From NCBI GenBank assembly GCA_013239625.1, contig MU054001.1, positions 496,001-560,000 of the forward strand: a DNA stretch of 64,000 nucleotides. Reading direction: 5' to 3'. Positions 60,090-64,000 of the stretch are shown piece after piece. A program made the position numbers and the translations under genes. The DNA comes from Lama guanicoe. Its lineage: Eukaryota. Each line of letters begins with the position of its first letter. Within the stretch, counting starts at the first letter, position 1. The notes under the pieces were generated by a model. That model was not told the origin of the DNA. It made no database searches and was given only the letters and a program-made list of their open reading frames with translations.

Positions 60090-60450
60090 CTTTCCAAAGA
60101 TCTTAGCCATTGTCAAATTTCCACCCCAGCTGTAGAAGCTTGTACATCAGATTAATTGACTGATAAGCCCTAGAAATTGTATATTAACAATGAAGGCCAA
60201 AGTGTATAATTTTTTAAATTTTCAATTTGTTTAAATCTTGGCAGAGTGTTATGTTATGAATACCATAGCCCAAACTTCAGGATCTTGTTAATTTCCCTAA
60301 GATAATGAATGGGTATTCCTGGAGAAGAGCTCAGAGCCCTGAGAGTCCAGTAATAAGATTAGGAAGTTGCCTCCTGCTGAGGCCAGTGCTGGGGAGGCTG
60401 ACTGACTGACAGCTGTAATTGATGAATAGCTGGTAGTGATGCCAGGAGCA
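60090..60450. promoter_or_regulatory. Candidate enhancer (SOX, GATA, P3, PBX-MEIS)
   Basis: CATTGT ~60108, AACAATG ~60187, TAATAAGATTA 60351-60361, TGACTGACAG 60403-60412, TAATTG 60416-60421. Confidence 0.5.
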
Positions 60451-60660
60451 CGGCTTTGTGGGTCAGGTTGTGATCTCTTGCCAATGTCCACTTGACTATC
60501 ACTGGGAAGGCAGGAGATGACCAATGAAGGATGGCTTTTAATAGTCTGTTGACAGAAGAGAAGTTAAGAAGTAGAGTTATATAAGACTGCTGGGCAGAGA
60601 ATTGCAGCAATGGGAGAGGGAAGGAGAAAGGAGGGGGAGGAGGAGGAGAATAATTCTGAG

Positions 60661-61050
60661 TGTATTATTCAGGCTAGGCTAAGTTATGCTGTTATAACAA
60701 ATGACCCCAAATCTCAATGGCTTTAAACAGCAATGGTTTATTTCTTGCTCACAGTGCATTTCCATTGAGAGTCAGCAGGGCTCTCTGCTCCACGTTGTCC
60801 TCAGTCTGGGACCCAGGCTGATAGAGCCTCCTCCATCTGGAACATCATTATGGGAAGGAAAGAGAAAGAGTGGTGAATGGTGCATGACTTTTCAGGAGCC
60901 CACCTGGAAGTGACACGTATCACTTCTACTCACATTTCATTGGCAAAAGAAGGCACATGCCATGTCTCACTCAGTACCAGGAGAAGTACAAGAGTCCCGC
61001 ATGCTCAGGAGGAGAAAAACTGGAACGTTTGTGAGTAGTCTTCATACCTA
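60661..61050 (-). mobile_element. MLT1J-like MaLR LTR
   Basis: TGTATTATTCAGGCTAGGCTAAGTTATGCTGTTATAACAAATGACCCCAAATCTCAATGGCTT. Confidence 0.85.
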
Positions 61051-61094
61051 CCTTTCAGAGGACCCAAGATTCTAGATCTGGAAAGGATCTATAC

Positions 61095-61590
61095 TAATTG
61101 AGACTGTTTGGGTTGCAAATATAGAAGGTGAAGCTAAAACTACCTAAGCAAAAGGAAACTTATCGGCTCACAAAGCTGAAATTCAGTGATAGATCTGTCT
61201 TCAGGCAAAGCTTAATCCAAGGGCTCTACGTCTCTAAGATCTGGTCTCTTTCCATCTCTCAGCTCTGTTCTCTTCCATGTAGACTTTGTTCTCAGATGTC
61301 AGCATCCCAGGGTTCAAGTTCAATGGGAAAACAAAGTCTGTACTTCTCTTCAATTCTATGAAAAATCCTAGACTTCAATCTCACTGGACCACATTGGGTC
61401 CTGTGCACATTCTGGAACCAATCACAGAATCCAGGGGGGATGCGATGTTGGGCAGATGTTAATCATATATCTAACCCTAGAATTAAAATTGAATTAATTT
61501 CATCAAAAGCATCTAGACCCAGGGGAGGGGAGAGATAGTTCCCATGGGAAATTCAGACTGGTGGGACTAGAATAAGTATCCAAATATACA
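61095..61590 (-). mobile_element. MLT1K/L-like MaLR LTR
   Basis: TTGGGTTGCAAAT...TTCAGGCAAAGCTTAATCCAAGGGCTC...GAACCAATCAC. Confidence 0.6.
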
Positions 61591-62765
61591 CAAGTGAAAT
61601 AACACATATCCAGGACAGGATGTACAGCTGCTCCAACCCAGTGGCTTTCCAAGTGTTGTTCTGTAGATGTGCTTCAGGGCTGCCTGTGAAGACTAGGATA
61701 CAGTTTCTGTACTCTCCAATCTCCCTTTTCAATTAAAGCAATTGTGCTTTGCTATATATTAGCATTCTATGTAAGATTACTTTGGAACCAAAAAAGGGAG
61801 CTCCTCTGCTTAAAAAACGAAAACAAAAACTGGGGAATTAAGCAACACTGCTCTTTGATCCTGCCTCCTCATTTTATAAAAGTAGAAATTGAGATTCAGA
61901 AAAATTCATAGATTTCTTCTCATGTCTCATTGGCCAGAATGGGTCACATGGCCTCCTAGCTGCAAGGGAAGCTGGGAAAGTGAGCATCTGGCAAAGAAGA
62001 ATGGAATTATTACAACTAGCCTACATATAAATGGTTCATTCCCTAGGGCTGGGCACCTTGCCACCCCACACAAAGGTGGGGTTCCTATAGGAAAAAAAGA
62101 AAGAAGGAAATGGCTCTCAAGGAGCTGTCAACCATGGTGGTATGAGTCTGAAGTCACTGAAGATTCCTCAAGGCTAGGACTGGGCCTTCTGCCAATGTTT
62201 ATCCCTCCACTTGCCTATGAAATTTGCCTGCAGTGATCTCCTTTCATCCACACAACAATCTTACGAGGCAGTGAATCACACACTAACTATTAAACTGACT
62301 GTTAAACTAGAATGGATTCTTATTACCTATGATTGTGTCCCATTTTACAGAAGGAGAAGCCAAACTTCAGAGGTGAATTAAGTACCCAGGATCACACAAC
62401 TAGTAAATTTTGCTTATCCTTTACTTTATATCTTTAGCACAGAGAGGGTCAGAGCACTGAGGGAAAAGGGAACTTTAAGCACAGATCTCTCACCACATAG
62501 GGGTTGACTAGAGAAAGGTGGGGGGCAGACAGTGAGAACTGGGGTATGCCAGGCAGAGAGAATAGCATGTGCAAAGGCCCAGAGGACAAATAGTGCATAG
62601 AAATGGCAAACAGATTTAGAACCTAAAGTGTAAAGGAATATCATACTTAGGAGTTTAAGCCTTGTATGAGGGCAATAGAGAGCCATTAGATATTTTAGCC
62701 AGGGGGATTATATCATCCCATATGCAGTCTACAACTACAAGAATGATGGGGAAAATCAGCTACAG

Positions 62766-63083
62766 GAATGATAATCTCCAGGCCCATCCATGTTGCTGCA
62801 AATGGCATTACTTTATTATTTTTTATGGCTAAGTAGTATTCTATTGCATATATACCACAACTTCTTTATCCAGTCATCTGTCAGTGGGCATTTAGGTTGC
62901 TTCCATGTCTTGGCTATTGTAATAAGTGCCCCTATGAACATCATCATGCATGTGTCTTTTTGACCTGGAGCTTTCTCTGGATATATGCCCAGGAGAGGGA
63001 TTGCTGGATCATATAGTAAGTCTAATTTTAGTTTTTTTTAAGGAATCTGTACCGTTTTCCATAGTGGATGCATCAAACTACAT
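62766..63083 (-). mobile_element. Internal L1 ORF2 C-terminal fragment, no 3' UTR or tail
   Basis: TCCATGTTGCTGCAAATGGCATT...GCATTTAGGTTGCTTCCATGTCTTGGCTATTGT...GGGATTGCTGGATCATAT. Confidence 0.9.
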
Positions 63084-63399
63084 GAAATAAATGACTTCTA
63101 AAGCACTCCACAGACAGGCTCACATTTATTCTAACCAAACCCCAGGACACAGATGTCACCAGCATTACTTCACTGTAGTGGAACTGAAGCGCCAAGAGGT
63201 TAAAGGCACCTGCCCAAGGTCACCAGCTGGCACGGGGCAGAGATGAGATGCAAGCCCAGCTTTCCCTGACCCCAGAACCCGTGTGTTCTGCCACCTCTTC
63301 ATCAGCAGTAGCCTTGCGTAGAGAGAAAGGAGCCACTGAGAAATCCTCTAGATGCACTTGAACTCAATCTCTGAAGGGCGAGTGGATTTAGACAGGTGA

Positions 63400-63750
63400 C
63401 AGGGTTGGGTTGCTCTGAGGCAGAGGAAGCAGCCTGGGAAAAGGGCTGGGAAAGTGACCATTTAGCTAGAGTGAGCAGAGCACAAGATTCCCATAAAGTG
63501 TCTTGGGAGACGGGGTCACATGGGAGAGTGGGGTCAGAACGATGAAGAGTTTCAAATGACAGAGAGAAGAACCAGGACTTTCCTCTGTTGGAAGTGCCAC
63601 TTTGATTTTGTTGCTCTCCCGCTCTACAACCTTCTGTAGCTCCCCTGGCTACTGTCTCCTGACTAATAAGGTAAGAGTATGTAGATGGAAAGATGGGGGA
63701 GTACCTGGAGACAGGGAGACCTATTGGGAGGCTGATGTCACAGTCCAAGA
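63400..63750 (-). mobile_element. L2 fragment
   Basis: GAGACAGGGAGACCTATTGGGAGGCTGATGTCACAGTCCAAG antisense L2 block. Confidence 0.55.
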
Positions 63751-64000
63751 GGGAAAGGACAAGGGCCTGGAGGGGATGGGAGGAAGGAAGAGCATGGCCT
63801 TCGGGGCAGGGATTTGTGAGATGTGTGCCAACTCCCACCATCACCACCCCCAGCCCATGCCCTACTCCCCTCCCCAAATTGAGGATCACTGCTTCTCTGC
63901 AGCAACAGATAACATTTCAAGCTCAGCGAATAGCAGGCGACTTATTCTTCTCACAGTGGAATTGAGACACGAATAGCCAGAAAAATAACTGTCAGAAGAT

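Overview
This is 64 kb of mammalian non-coding DNA (large intron or gene desert). It is most likely from a camelid: the youngest L1 3' UTRs resemble camelid L1s as I remember them, and I see no Alu, B1/B2, Bov-tA, PRE-1, CHR-2, Can-SINE or ERE SINEs. I can support no intact protein-coding gene, RNA gene or CRISPR array. The only recognisable protein sequence is degraded L1 ORF2. The window alternates old eutherian repeats (MIR, L2, L1M, MLT/ERVL LTRs, hAT MITEs) with more than a dozen repeat-free islands rich in homeodomain, PBX/MEIS, TCF, SOX, FOX and CUT-domain motifs, as expected near a developmental gene that I cannot name. The best-supported structural observations are: a twin-primed inverted L1 with a TSD, an L1 nested in an older L1 with a possible 22-nt 3' transduction, an unclassified poly(A)-ended LTR-like insert, a 30-bp dispersed duplication, a 51-bp minisatellite and a false duplication across a 62-N gap. 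Repeat subfamily names come from recalled consensus sequences and their boundaries are approximate. All enhancer calls are motif-based inference with no conservation data. I found no convincing new biological system.
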